From: an uncultured Clostridia bacterium
GTDB lineage: Bacteria; Bacillota; Clostridia; TANB77; CAG-508
Length of the DNA stretch: 64,000 bases
Direction: 5' to 3'
Assembly (NCBI GenBank): GCA_934168355.1
Contig: CAKPNI010000002.1
Location: 977-64,976, forward strand
Part shown: positions 10,789 to 20,534 of the stretch, piece by piece
Layout: each line of letters opens with the position of its first letter
How positions within the stretch are numbered: the stretch's first letter is position 1
The notes under the pieces: generated by a model
What the model was told of the DNA's origin: nothing
What the model saw: only the letters and a program-made list of their open reading frames with translations
The model's database searches: none
Position numbers and translations under genes: made by a program

Positions 10789-11502
10789 ATGAAAAAAATA
10801 GGTTTTATGGGGGCTTTTGACAAATCAAATTTTATAACATATGCAGCAAAGGTATTAAATTTATTAGATTATAAGGTTTTGGTGGTAGATACAACAAGTA
10901 TACAAAAAATGAAATACATAATACCTTCCATAAATCCTACAAAATCTTATATTACATCTTTTGAAAATATAGACTTTGCAATAGGATTTGAAAATTGGAC
11001 AGAAGTAGAACGCTACCTTGGAATTCAATATGACACTAATGATGACAACCAAATTGAAACGAAAAGAAAAGATTTGTATGATTTTGTTTTAATAGATATT
11101 GACTCCAAAAATATGTTAGAAAAATTTGATGTAGATAGTTTTGAAAAAAAATATTTTGTAACATCATTTGACACTTTTGCACTAAAAAAGGGAGTAAGCA
11201 TATTTCAAGACTTACAAAAAACAATAAATTTAACAAAAATAGAATTTACTTATGAAACATCAAAAGAAGATGAAGAATATTTAAATTACATTTCACTTGA
11301 ATATAATATAAATTGGAATGACTATATACTATATTTTCAAATAATGGGAGAAGATAATAAAGTATTTGAGGAAAATCAACGTTTAGAAAAAATCAAATTT
11401 AAAAAATTAAGCATTAATTATAAAGAATCCTTATCTTATGTTATTCAAGATATTTGTAAGACTGAAAACATAAACAGAATAAAGAAGGTAATGAAAGATT
11501 AG
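10789..11502 (+). CDS. ParA/MinD-fold-like (TadZ/CpaE-position) protein, no recognisable P-loop
   Basis: Called from its position between the CpaB-like and CpaF genes. KKIGFMGAFDKSNFITYAAKVLNLLDYKVLVVD resembles a ParA-like N-terminus but lacks GKT. Confidence 0.4.
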   Translation: MKKIGFMGAFDKSNFITYAAKVLNLLDYKVLVVDTTSIQKMKYIIPSINPTKSYITSFENIDFAIGFENWTEVERYLGIQYDTNDDNQIETKRKDLYDFVLIDIDSKNMLEKFDVDSFEKKYFVTSFDTFALKKGVSIFQDLQKTINLTKIEFTYETSKEDEEYLNYISLEYNINWNDYILYFQIMGEDNKVFEENQRLEKIKFKKLSINYKESLSYVIQDICKTENINRIKKVMKD

Positions 11503-11513
11503 AGGAGGAAAAC

Positions 11514-12357
11514 ATGGCAATTGTTACATTTTGGAATGGAACGGATGAGCAAGTACGGAATAACATCAAGTAGTATAGCTTTTGCAACACAAGTTGCAAT
11601 ACAACATAATGTAAAAGTTTTGCTTGTATCTACATCATTTAATGACACATTGATAAAAGAAAGCTTTTGGCAAGAAAGAAAAAAGAAAAGTTTTTCTCTT
11701 TTTGGTGGAAGCACTAGAAATAAAGGAGTAGAAACAAGCGGAATAGTAGGACTAGACAGAATGCTAAGAAGTAATAAAATAACTCCAGATATAATAACAG
11801 ATTATGCAAAAATTGTTTTAACAAATAGACTAGAAATCTTGTTAGGTGTAGAGGGAGATCTAGAACAGTATAACCAAATAAAAGAAAAATATGCCCAAAT
11901 TATAAGCTTAGCAGGAAAATATTATGATATGGTTGTTGTTGACTTAGGAAAAGATATAGGAAGACAATCTGAAATAGATGTGTTAAATGCATCAGACATA
12001 ATTGTACCAGTTGTTTCACAAAGAGCAAAGCAAATTGAAAAAATACAGAAAATGATAGATGAAGGAAATATTTTAAACGAGAAAAATTCTGTACTTGCAA
12101 TAGGTAGGTATATGGAAAATACAAAATACAATGCAAAAAATATAACTAGAAATTTATTAAGAAAGAGAGACTTAATAAATACAATACCATATAATAATTT
12201 GTTTTTTGAATCATCACAAGAAGGAACAGTTATAGACCTATTTTTAAACTTTATGAGAATAAAAGAAAAAGATGAAAACTATGGTTTTGTACAATCTTTA
12301 AATGAATTACATGAAACAATAAAGGGCAAATATGAGGTTTTACAGATGCTTAGATAA
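11514..12357 (+). CDS. ParA/MinD-fold-like (TadZ/CpaE-position) protein; frame interrupted (+1) at CGG 11556-11558
   Basis: ATG 11514 has an excellent RBS (AGAGGAGGAAAAC) and gives MAIVTFWNGTDEQV, then CGG, with a stop at 11571-11573. The +1 frame continues GITSSSIAFATQVAIQHNVKVLLVSTSFND... (ORF 11521..12357). Confidence 0.6.
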
Positions 12358-12446
12358 AAATATCTATGATTTAGGTAAATTACTTAAATTGGCGGTAGAA
12401 AGGAGGAAGTTTTATTAATTAAAAGATTAATAAAACGGGAAAAATA

Positions 12447-14424
12447 ATGACAATAATAAATCTTGTACTTATAGTATTAGTATTGGGTGTAGCAGGATTA
12501 ATGATATATTTTCATATTAATTCGCAAAAAAATGCAGAAGTTGTAACAAGAATGGATGTTGATGACCAAACTTATACGTTAAATAAAATGATTGAATTTA
12601 TTAAAAGAAGACTTGATGAAATAACAAAGATAAATTTGTATGATATAGGTCTATCAGAAGAAGAACTAAAAAGAAGAAAAAGCAAAAAATATGAACTAAA
12701 AAAAGCATTAAAAGGCTGTACATATGGAGATGTAAATGATAAAAAATATGTAAAAGAATTAATATTTGACTTGTTATCAAAAGAATATGGAGTAACAGAA
12801 ATGAATATATCAAAAGCTATTCCATTTGATATTCCATCTGTTCTTACACCACAAGACAAATTTGACATATTAATATACATTTATAAAAAAGAATTTGGAT
12901 ATGAAGCATTAAGTGAACTTATAAGAAAATATAAACTTGATGAATTTAAATATATTCAAGGAGAAACAAAGCCATGTTATGTTATAACAGAAGACGAAAT
13001 TAACGAAATATTTGAAAAAGAAAATATTACACTTTCATTCAATGATAAGCTAAATATTGTTGTTCAAAGAATATATCAACAATATAAAGGATATTCAAGC
13101 ATAGATGAAATAAGAGATATGAACATAGATGGTGTATCTGGTGGTGTATCTGGACTTCCAGAAAGTTTTATAAGCCAAGTTGCCCAAACAGATTCGGCGG
13201 ACTATTTAACACAAATACAAGAACACAAAGTTCAACGTGCGTGTGACAGTATTTGGATAATGTTTCATGGTAAATCAATACGTTTAGCATTTTTATCATT
13301 TGGAACAGAAGCAGAACTAAAAAGAGTATGTCAAAATATTTATAAATATAATAATCCAGGTCAGTTATCAGACACCAATGGTTATAAGATTAATGAAATG
13401 AAAGATGGTTCTCGTGTTGTTGTTGTAAGACCATCAATGTCAGAAACATGGGCATTCTTCGTAAGAAAATTTGACGTAAAGAGAGCAACCCTTGAACAAA
13501 TAGTTTTATATCCTGGAAAAGAAGACACAATAGACCTTTTAAAATTTTTGGTAAAAGGTGCCAGAATTATATCACTAACTGGTGAACAAGGATGCCGGAA
13601 AGACAACAATGCTTATGGCAATGATTGAAAACATATATGAAACAATGAACTTACGTATCACAGAAACAGCGTTCGAGTTACACTTAAGAAAAATTTATCC
13701 AACTCGTAACATTGTTTCAATGCGTGAGACAGACACAATAGCTGGTCAAGAGTGTTTGGACGTTCAAAAGAAAACAGATGGTTCTGTTAACATCATCGGT
13801 GAGGTTGCAACAGACCCCGTAGCATCTTGGATGATACAATCAGCCCAAGTTGCATCTAAATTCACATTATTTACTCACCACGCAAAAACATTCCCAGACT
13901 TAGTAACAGCACTTAGAAACTCAATGCTTAGAGCAGGAGTTTTCAAAAACGAAAAAACAGCAGAAGAGCAAGTTGTACAAGTACTAAACTTCGATATCCA
14001 CTTAGTAAAAGACTATAGAGGAAATCGTTACATAGAAAGAATTACAGAGTGCATACCAGTAGAAAATAAAAACGAATACACATTTGATCACAGAAAAGAA
14101 AAAACATTAGAAGGAAAATTCGATAAATTTTTCGACAATGCAACACACTATTTTATGAAAACAACAGACAAACAACTATATGTATATAGAAATATATTAG
14201 AGTATGTCGACGGAGAATACATAATAACAAACAAAATATCAGATAAAAACATAAGAGAAATGAGGCTTAATATGACAGATACAGATGCAGAAGATTTTGA
14301 CAGATTTGTTGCAAAACATTGGGGAGAAGAAAGCGTATATAAAATGGCAGAAGAAAGAAAAGAAAAATCTAAAATTGCAGCTGAAACAGCAAGAAGAGAA
14401 AGAAAAGCTAAATCAGTAGAATAA
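12447..14424 (+). CDS. CpaF/TadA-family (VirB11-like) secretion ATPase; frame interrupted (+1) at CGG 13596-13598
   Basis: Split between ORF 12447..13628 and ORF 13582..14424. Skipping C13596 restores the Walker A motif GEQGCGKTTMLMAMIE, followed by RITETAFELHL ... FTLFTHHAKT. Confidence 0.8.
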
Positions 14425-14440
14425 GGAGGTGTAGCTTGTA

Positions 14441-16507
14441 ATGTCGAATAATATGTTACTTTATGTAATATATGCTGTAGGTGGGATTTTCGTATTTATT
14501 GTTATAGCTTTTTTAATACTTAATAAAAGAATGGATAAATCTGACTATAGAAAAATAAAAAAGTTAAGACAAGGTACAGAGTCAAATAAATTTTCAACAG
14601 AAATAATGTATCAAAAGTTATATATAACATATTCTAAAATTCCATTTTTAAAGGGATATATATTAAAATTAAGGCGTAGGCTAGAAATTATAAATGTTGA
14701 TGATGAATATGCTACACGTAGGGATTCTGCAAAAATACTAACTAGAACATTGCTAGTTTTAGTACCTATAATGACTTTATCTATTATACTTGCCCGTACA
14801 AATTATTTATTATTAGCAATAGTTTTAATATTTGAAATTTTCATGATAGATAGTTTTATAGATGGAATGGTAGATAAAATAGATAATACATTATTAAAAG
14901 AGCAACTTGATTTCTTTGCTGAAATAAGACATGCATATCATGAGTTTAATATGGTTGAAGAAGCCATTTATCAAATATCTCAAGATGATGAAAAAAATAT
15001 TTCAAAACAGGGAGAAAAAATATATGAAGTTTTAATTTCAAATGACCCTGAAATGGAACTAGAAAAATATTATGATATTGCTCCAAACCCATATTTAAAA
15101 GAGTTTGCAGGTGTATCATACTTAACGAAAGAATTTGGAGATAGAAAAGTAGACAAATCATCATTATATTTAAAAAATGTAAATAATATAACAGAAGAAA
15201 TGCAGATTGAAATTTTAAAAAGAGACAAAATCGATTATGTATTCCAAAGTTTATCAATTATAGCAATTGTACCAGTACTAGGATTGGAACCCTTAAAGAA
15301 TTGGTCGATTGATAACTTTAGTTTCACACAAAGTTTTTATAGTGGAAAAGGTGGAATGCTTGTACAGATTTTAGTAATATTATTAACAATAATATGTTAT
15401 TTACTACTTAGAAAAATAAAAAACAATGGTTCAACAGATAAAAATACACAAAATACGCAAAATCCGTGGCAATCTAAAGTCTATAAAAATCCTATTGGTA
15501 AGAAAATAGTTGACTTATTTATACCAAAAAAAGGAACAAAAGACTTTATAAAAGTACAAAAGCTTTTAAAAGATTCAGCCTCAAAACTGAAAATGGAATG
15601 GCTATATGTAAATAGAATAGCAATTGCTATATTAACATTTTTAATATCAGTATTTTTATTTTATGAATTGCATGTAACTGCGATAAATTGGATATACACA
15701 GAGCCTACTACCGATTATGACATAATGGGTGGTGTAACAGGTAGAGAATTAGAAGAAGCTAAGGCAAAAACCGAAAGTGACAACAAATTTTTGAATATGT
15801 TTAAAGGAAATACTAAAGCTACAGTCCAAGATATTCAAAGGGCGATGACAAGGTCGGCAGATTATCAAGACAGTGAAGAAAAAGACATACAAAAAGCAGC
15901 AGAAAGAGTTTATGACAAATTACAGAAAATAAATAAAGAATATTTAGGATGGTTTGAAGTATTATTGGCAGTTATATTTATGCTTGTAGCATATATGGCA
16001 CCAATTTGGATAATGTATTTTCAATTAAAAATGAGACAGATGGAAATGGAAGATGAGGTAATGCAGTTCCAAACAATTATATTAATGTTAATGAGAATAG
16101 AACGTGTTAATGTTGAAATAATTTTGGAATGGCTAGAAAGATATGCAAACATCTTTAAAGAACCAATATCAAGATGTGTTAATAACTATGAAGCAGGGGC
16201 ATGGGAAGCTTTAGAAGTTTTAAAAAATGAAACAAATTATCAACAATTTATAAGAATTGTTGAAAGTTTACAGGCAGCTGTTGAAAAAATACCAATTAGA
16301 GATGCATTTGATGAATTAGACTCAGAAAGGGACTATTATCAAGCAAAAAGACGTGAATCAAATGACAGATTAATTTCAAAAAAAGCAAGAATAGGAAAAG
16401 TAATAGGATTTGCACCAATGGTTGTTATGTTTGTTGGTTACTTAATAGTACCACTTGTATTTATAGGATTAACAAGTATGTCAAGTTCGATGGCAAGTTT
16501 GGAATAA
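14441..16507 (+). CDS. large polytopic membrane protein, TadB/TadC (T2SS-F)-like platform candidate
   Basis: 688 aa with several TM blocks. It lies immediately downstream of the CpaF-type ATPase, and the C-terminal third resembles a T2SSF-type domain by eye. Confidence 0.45.
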   Translation: MSNNMLLYVIYAVGGIFVFIVIAFLILNKRMDKSDYRKIKKLRQGTESNKFSTEIMYQKLYITYSKIPFLKGYILKLRRRLEIINVDDEYATRRDSAKILTRTLLVLVPIMTLSIILARTNYLLLAIVLIFEIFMIDSFIDGMVDKIDNTLLKEQLDFFAEIRHAYHEFNMVEEAIYQISQDDEKNISKQGEKIYEVLISNDPEMELEKYYDIAPNPYLKEFAGVSYLTKEFGDRKVDKSSLYLKNVNNITEEMQIEILKRDKIDYVFQSLSIIAIVPVLGLEPLKNWSIDNFSFTQSFYSGKGGMLVQILVILLTIICYLLLRKIKNNGSTDKNTQNTQNPWQSKVYKNPIGKKIVDLFIPKKGTKDFIKVQKLLKDSASKLKMEWLYVNRIAIAILTFLISVFLFYELHVTAINWIYTEPTTDYDIMGGVTGRELEEAKAKTESDNKFLNMFKGNTKATVQDIQRAMTRSADYQDSEEKDIQKAAERVYDKLQKINKEYLGWFEVLLAVIFMLVAYMAPIWIMYFQLKMRQMEMEDEVMQFQTIILMLMRIERVNVEIILEWLERYANIFKEPISRCVNNYEAGAWEALEVLKNETNYQQFIRIVESLQAAVEKIPIRDAFDELDSERDYYQAKRRESNDRLISKKARIGKVIGFAPMVVMFVGYLIVPLVFIGLTSMSSSMASLE

Positions 16508-16525
16508 AGATAAGGAGATGATATT

Positions 16526-17290
16526 TTGGAAAATGCAACAAAGGCATTAATTATGGCAGGAGGAATGTTACTTGCAATACTTATTGTATCACTACTAATA
16601 TATGCATGGAGTTTATTTTCTGAATATCAATCTTCAAAAGACTCCTTGCTAGAAGTTGAAGATACTGCAAAATTTAATGAACAATTTGCAAACTACGATA
16701 GAGATGGTGTTCAAGGATATGAATTGCTTAGTTTGGTAAACAAAGTGATTGACTATAACTATAGAAAATCAAATGATACTCAAGCTAAAAATGATGATAA
16801 ATATAAATCTATAACAATATCAATAAATTTTTTAAATGATGGAAACAGAAAAAAGTTAACTGTAGATGGTGGAAATAACAAATTATTTACACAAAATACA
16901 TATAGTCAGTCAACTATTGGTACTACAACACAAAATCCATTTAACAATATAATACAAATGACATCAAATATAGAAAGTTTATATGGAAATTCAGATAATG
17001 CTTCAAAAATAGCTAAAGGATTTAATTCCATATTTTTAGGAAACTATGCGAATGATAATGATAAAATAAACGCTGTAAAAAAGTTTAATTCATTATCATC
17101 AAAAAAATACTCTTTAGATGTAAATGGATATAACAATATGTATTCGAATGAAAGAGAAAATGTATATATATATTACGAATTTATGCAATTTAAAAGATCA
17201 TTATTCAATTCAGTATCAAATCAAGTAGAATATGATGATAGCACAGGTAGAATTATAAAAATGGTTTTTAATTTTGATAAAATTTATTAG
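16526..17290 (+). CDS. pilin-like protein, MENAxKAL family (254 aa)
   Basis: N-terminus MENATKALIMAGGMLLAILIVSLLIYAW (short polar leader plus hydrophobic helix) and the motif AKFNEQFANY, shared with its paralogues. Confidence 0.55.
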   Translation: MENATKALIMAGGMLLAILIVSLLIYAWSLFSEYQSSKDSLLEVEDTAKFNEQFANYDRDGVQGYELLSLVNKVIDYNYRKSNDTQAKNDDKYKSITISINFLNDGNRKKLTVDGGNNKLFTQNTYSQSTIGTTTQNPFNNIIQMTSNIESLYGNSDNASKIAKGFNSIFLGNYANDNDKINAVKKFNSLSSKKYSLDVNGYNNMYSNERENVYIYYEFMQFKRSLFNSVSNQVEYDDSTGRIIKMVFNFDKIY

Positions 17291-17304
17291 TTTGGGAGAA
17301 AAGT

Positions 17305-17742
17305 ATGGAAAATGCATCAAAAGCATTATTAATTGCAGGTGGAGTTTTAATTGCAATTCTATTGTTAACATTATTTTCATATCTATTTAGACAAATGGCC
17401 TCAAGTACATCGAATATTTATGAAAATCTTGAAAAACATGAAATAACAGAATTTAATCAGCAGTTTTTGAATTATGAAGGAAGAGGTGTAGAAACTGGAA
17501 AATCTCCGCTTAAAGTTCAAGATGTTGCAAGTTTAATAAACTTAGCACAAGATAGTAAAAATAGTTTTAAATATGGTGTAAAAGTAGAGATAAGGCTTAA
17601 TGGTGTGGATATTGCATCAACACAGAATTCAAAAGACTGGTTAAAAAACAACATAAATACAGATGTGCAATATAAATGTGTATCAGTACATACAAATTTA
17701 GATACATTATTAGTAGATTATGTTGAAATTTCACAAATATAG
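17305..17742 (+). CDS. pilin-like protein, MENAxKAL family
   Basis: MENASKALLIAGGVLIAILLLTLFSY ... ITEFNQQFLNYEGRGV. Confidence 0.55.
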   Translation: MENASKALLIAGGVLIAILLLTLFSYLFRQMASSTSNIYENLEKHEITEFNQQFLNYEGRGVETGKSPLKVQDVASLINLAQDSKNSFKYGVKVEIRLNGVDIASTQNSKDWLKNNINTDVQYKCVSVHTNLDTLLVDYVEISQI

Positions 17743-17755
17743 AGGTATACTTACT

Positions 17756-18187
17756 ATGAAAAAAACAATTATTTTAATAATATGTGTAATAATTATTGTA
17801 CTTTCAATGTTTGGAATTAAATATCTTGATTATAAAGAACAAAAAAGTATAATAAAAAAAGAAAATCTTGAATATGAAGTTTATCTTAACAAAGAAGTCT
17901 CAGGTCGAGATTTGACAACTGCAATAAATAGAGCAGTAAATAATAATGAAAAAAATAATATTTCAAAAGACGAAAATGGATTATATATACAAAATGACAG
18001 TGATTCCATAAAAATAGAAATTGTAATTTTAGATACAGAAACAACCTATCAAATGGAAACATTGTATAATGGAGGAATGGTAAATTTTATTCAATATTAT
18101 GGAGACATTTTCTTTGAATGTAAAAAAATAGAATATAATTCTAAAGGACGAGTTAGTCACATGATATTTGAACAAAAGACAATTTAA
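17756..18187 (+). CDS. small membrane-anchored protein of the pilus locus
   Basis: MKKTIILIICVIIIVLSMFG N-terminal TM segment. No recognisable family. Confidence 0.45.
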   Translation: MKKTIILIICVIIIVLSMFGIKYLDYKEQKSIIKKENLEYEVYLNKEVSGRDLTTAINRAVNNNEKNNISKDENGLYIQNDSDSIKIEIVILDTETTYQMETLYNGGMVNFIQYYGDIFFECKKIEYNSKGRVSHMIFEQKTI

Positions 18188-18277
18188 GTTATTAATATTA
18201 GATAGATATAATTATTCCATAAGATTAAATCTGTCTACAATAAAATATTAAATATAAAAATAAAGGAGGAATTTATT

Positions 18278-18724
18278 ATGGAAAACGCTTCAAAGGCATT
18301 AATTATAGCAGGAGCTATATTATTATCAATTTTAATTATATCATTAGGAATTATGGTATTCCAAAACGCAAAATCTACAGTAGGTTCAGCAGATATGAGT
18401 GAAACAGAAATGCAAGCATTTAATGGTAAATTTTCATCATATTTAGGAACAAATGTTACTGCAAACCAAGTATACAGTTTATGTGAAACTGTTCAAACAA
18501 GTAACCAGGCAGAATCTACAAATGGAACAAAAAGATATGTTCAAGTTACTATAACAGCAAATCCAGCAAAAGGTGTTGCTGGAGCCACTTATGGAACAAC
18601 AGCAGCAAATGCTACTCCAGCAGCAACTAACATTACAAGATTATCAAGTAGCCAAACATATACTGTAACAGCATCTACATATGTTGGTTCAAGAATAAGT
18701 GTTATAACAGTAACTGCAAACTAG
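18278..18724 (+). CDS. pilin-like protein, MENAxKAL family (candidate major subunit)
   Basis: MENASKALIIAGAILLSILIISLGIMVF ... MQAFNGKFSSYLGTNVTANQV, with a strong RBS (AAGGAGGA). Confidence 0.6.
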   Translation: MENASKALIIAGAILLSILIISLGIMVFQNAKSTVGSADMSETEMQAFNGKFSSYLGTNVTANQVYSLCETVQTSNQAESTNGTKRYVQVTITANPAKGVAGATYGTTAANATPAATNITRLSSSQTYTVTASTYVGSRISVITVTAN

Positions 18725-18738
18725 TATGAGGTGATTTT

Positions 18739-19182
18739 ATGGAAAATGCTTCAAAAGCTTTAATAATGGCTGGTGCTGTTTTAATAGCCATATTAATAAT
18801 TTCTTTAAGTGTATTGGTATATAAGAATTTTTCAGGTTCAGTTAAAGATAGTGCTAATATGGACGAGCAAGAGGTTGCTAATTTCAACTCGAAAATAAGC
18901 CCTTATTTGGGAGATAATGTAAGTGGCTCACAAGTAAATGCATTAATACAGTTAGTAGTATCAATAAATAATTCTGCTATTAGTACAAATGAATTAGGAA
19001 AAAGTGTATCAATAACATATCCTTCAACAGGAGGAAATAATACATTATCAGCAAATTCAGGTGGATTACAAAATACAAATAGTGTTGCAACAAGAAGGGT
19101 TGAAACAGGCTCTGGCAAATATTACAAAGTTCAAGCAGGTTATGGAAGTAATGGCTTAATTAACCAAATTACAGTAAATTAA
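18739..19182 (+). CDS. pilin-like protein, MENAxKAL family
   Basis: MENASKALIMAGAVLIAILIISLSVLVY ... VANFNSKISPYLGDNVSGSQV. Confidence 0.6.
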   Translation: MENASKALIMAGAVLIAILIISLSVLVYKNFSGSVKDSANMDEQEVANFNSKISPYLGDNVSGSQVNALIQLVVSINNSAISTNELGKSVSITYPSTGGNNTLSANSGGLQNTNSVATRRVETGSGKYYKVQAGYGSNGLINQITVN

Positions 19183-19202
19183 AAGGAAAAGGAGGTATAC
19201 AA

Positions 19203-19793
19203 ATGGAAAATGCATCAGATGCGTTAATTATGGCAGGACAAATTTTAGTATTTATTCTTGCACTTACAGTTTGTATATCTTCTTTTACAACTGTAAGAGT
19301 AGAAGTAAATAGGATTGTTGGCGAAAATGAAGAAATAAGAATGGCTAAAGATGGAGATGAGTATATAAATTTTATAGAAAGCAAAAACAACTCATCAACA
19401 AGAGTAGTAGAATCAGAAACGGTTGTATCATCTATGTATAGAGCTATAAAAGAAAACTATGTAATATATATAAAATTTAAAGATATAAGTTCAATAAATT
19501 CTATAAAAAGCAACCAATATATAACTACAATGCAGGCAAAAGTTGATTCAAAAGTTATGGATTCTAACAATCAACCTATAATAAAAGCAAATGATACTTT
19601 AATAAAAATTACAATAGGTATAGATAGTAACCAAGAAGTTGATAAAATTTTAAAAGAGTCAGGAGGAGGAAATCTCTTTAATATAATGAGGACAAAGAGT
19701 TTTAATGAATATCTTGGAGAATATCAAAAAAATTCAACTGTAACAACAGAAAATAAAGAAGTTTATAGAATTATAACTTATGTTGAAATATAA
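19203..19793 (+). CDS. pilin-like protein, MENAxDAL variant
   Basis: MENASDALIMAGQILVFILALTVCISSF. Only the N-terminal module is shared with the paralogues. Confidence 0.5.
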   Translation: MENASDALIMAGQILVFILALTVCISSFTTVRVEVNRIVGENEEIRMAKDGDEYINFIESKNNSSTRVVESETVVSSMYRAIKENYVIYIKFKDISSINSIKSNQYITTMQAKVDSKVMDSNNQPIIKANDTLIKITIGIDSNQEVDKILKESGGGNLFNIMRTKSFNEYLGEYQKNSTVTTENKEVYRIITYVEI

Positions 19794-19876
19794 AATAACA
19801 TAAAAGTATTTACAAAATAAATAGAAAAATGGTATAATATAGTTGTTTATATTATATTTGAAAGGAAGGAAAGAAA

Positions 19877-20386
19877 ATGGGAGATTCAGCGGTAACAATA
19901 ATTGCAATATTTTTAGCAGCAATATTAATGTTTGTTTTTCCACTTATGACAATGGCTGATAAATCAGATGATGTTTCACAATTATCAGTGCAAAATGCAA
20001 CAACAGATTTCACAAATAAAATAAGAACAACTGGATATATTTCTCAAGAAGATTATGATAATTTTATATTAACACTTGCATCTACAGGAAATTCTTATGA
20101 GGCAGAAATAACAGTACAAAAATTAGACCAAAATCCAGCAAAGAAAAGTAGTGGAGATACTACAACAATTGGGCAAAATGTATATTATACAATGTATACA
20201 ACTCAGGTTTTAGATTCTTTACCACTTACATTGACAGAAGGAGATATTGTATCTGTTAATGTACAAAATACAAATACAACAATAGCAGGTCAATTAAGAA
20301 ATTTTATGTACAAAGTAACCGGAAACAGTACAGGTAATATCGTTGCACAAGAATCAGGAATAGTTACAAAAACAACATCAAACTAA
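19877..20386 (+). CDS. TadE-like / minor-pilin-like membrane-anchored protein
   Basis: MGDSAVTIIAIFLAAILMFVFPLMTMAD N-terminal helix, and its position in the pilus locus. Confidence 0.4.
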   Translation: MGDSAVTIIAIFLAAILMFVFPLMTMADKSDDVSQLSVQNATTDFTNKIRTTGYISQEDYDNFILTLASTGNSYEAEITVQKLDQNPAKKSSGDTTTIGQNVYYTMYTTQVLDSLPLTLTEGDIVSVNVQNTNTTIAGQLRNFMYKVTGNSTGNIVAQESGIVTKTTSN

Positions 20387-20398
20387 TTTAAATAAAAT

Positions 20399-20432
20399 AG
20401 CTTGTAGGTTATTTTATACAAGCTTTTTGTTT
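20399..20432 (+). terminator. Rho-independent terminator
   Basis: agcttgta / tacaagct stem followed by TTTTTG. Confidence 0.55.
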
Positions 20433-20534
20433 AGCTTAAGATGAAAAGGGGGAACAAACATGTAATTTTTGTTTTTATAAATAAAAAGTTAGATGTTTGT
20501 TCCCAATATTTTTAACAAGAGAAAGGACAAAAGT

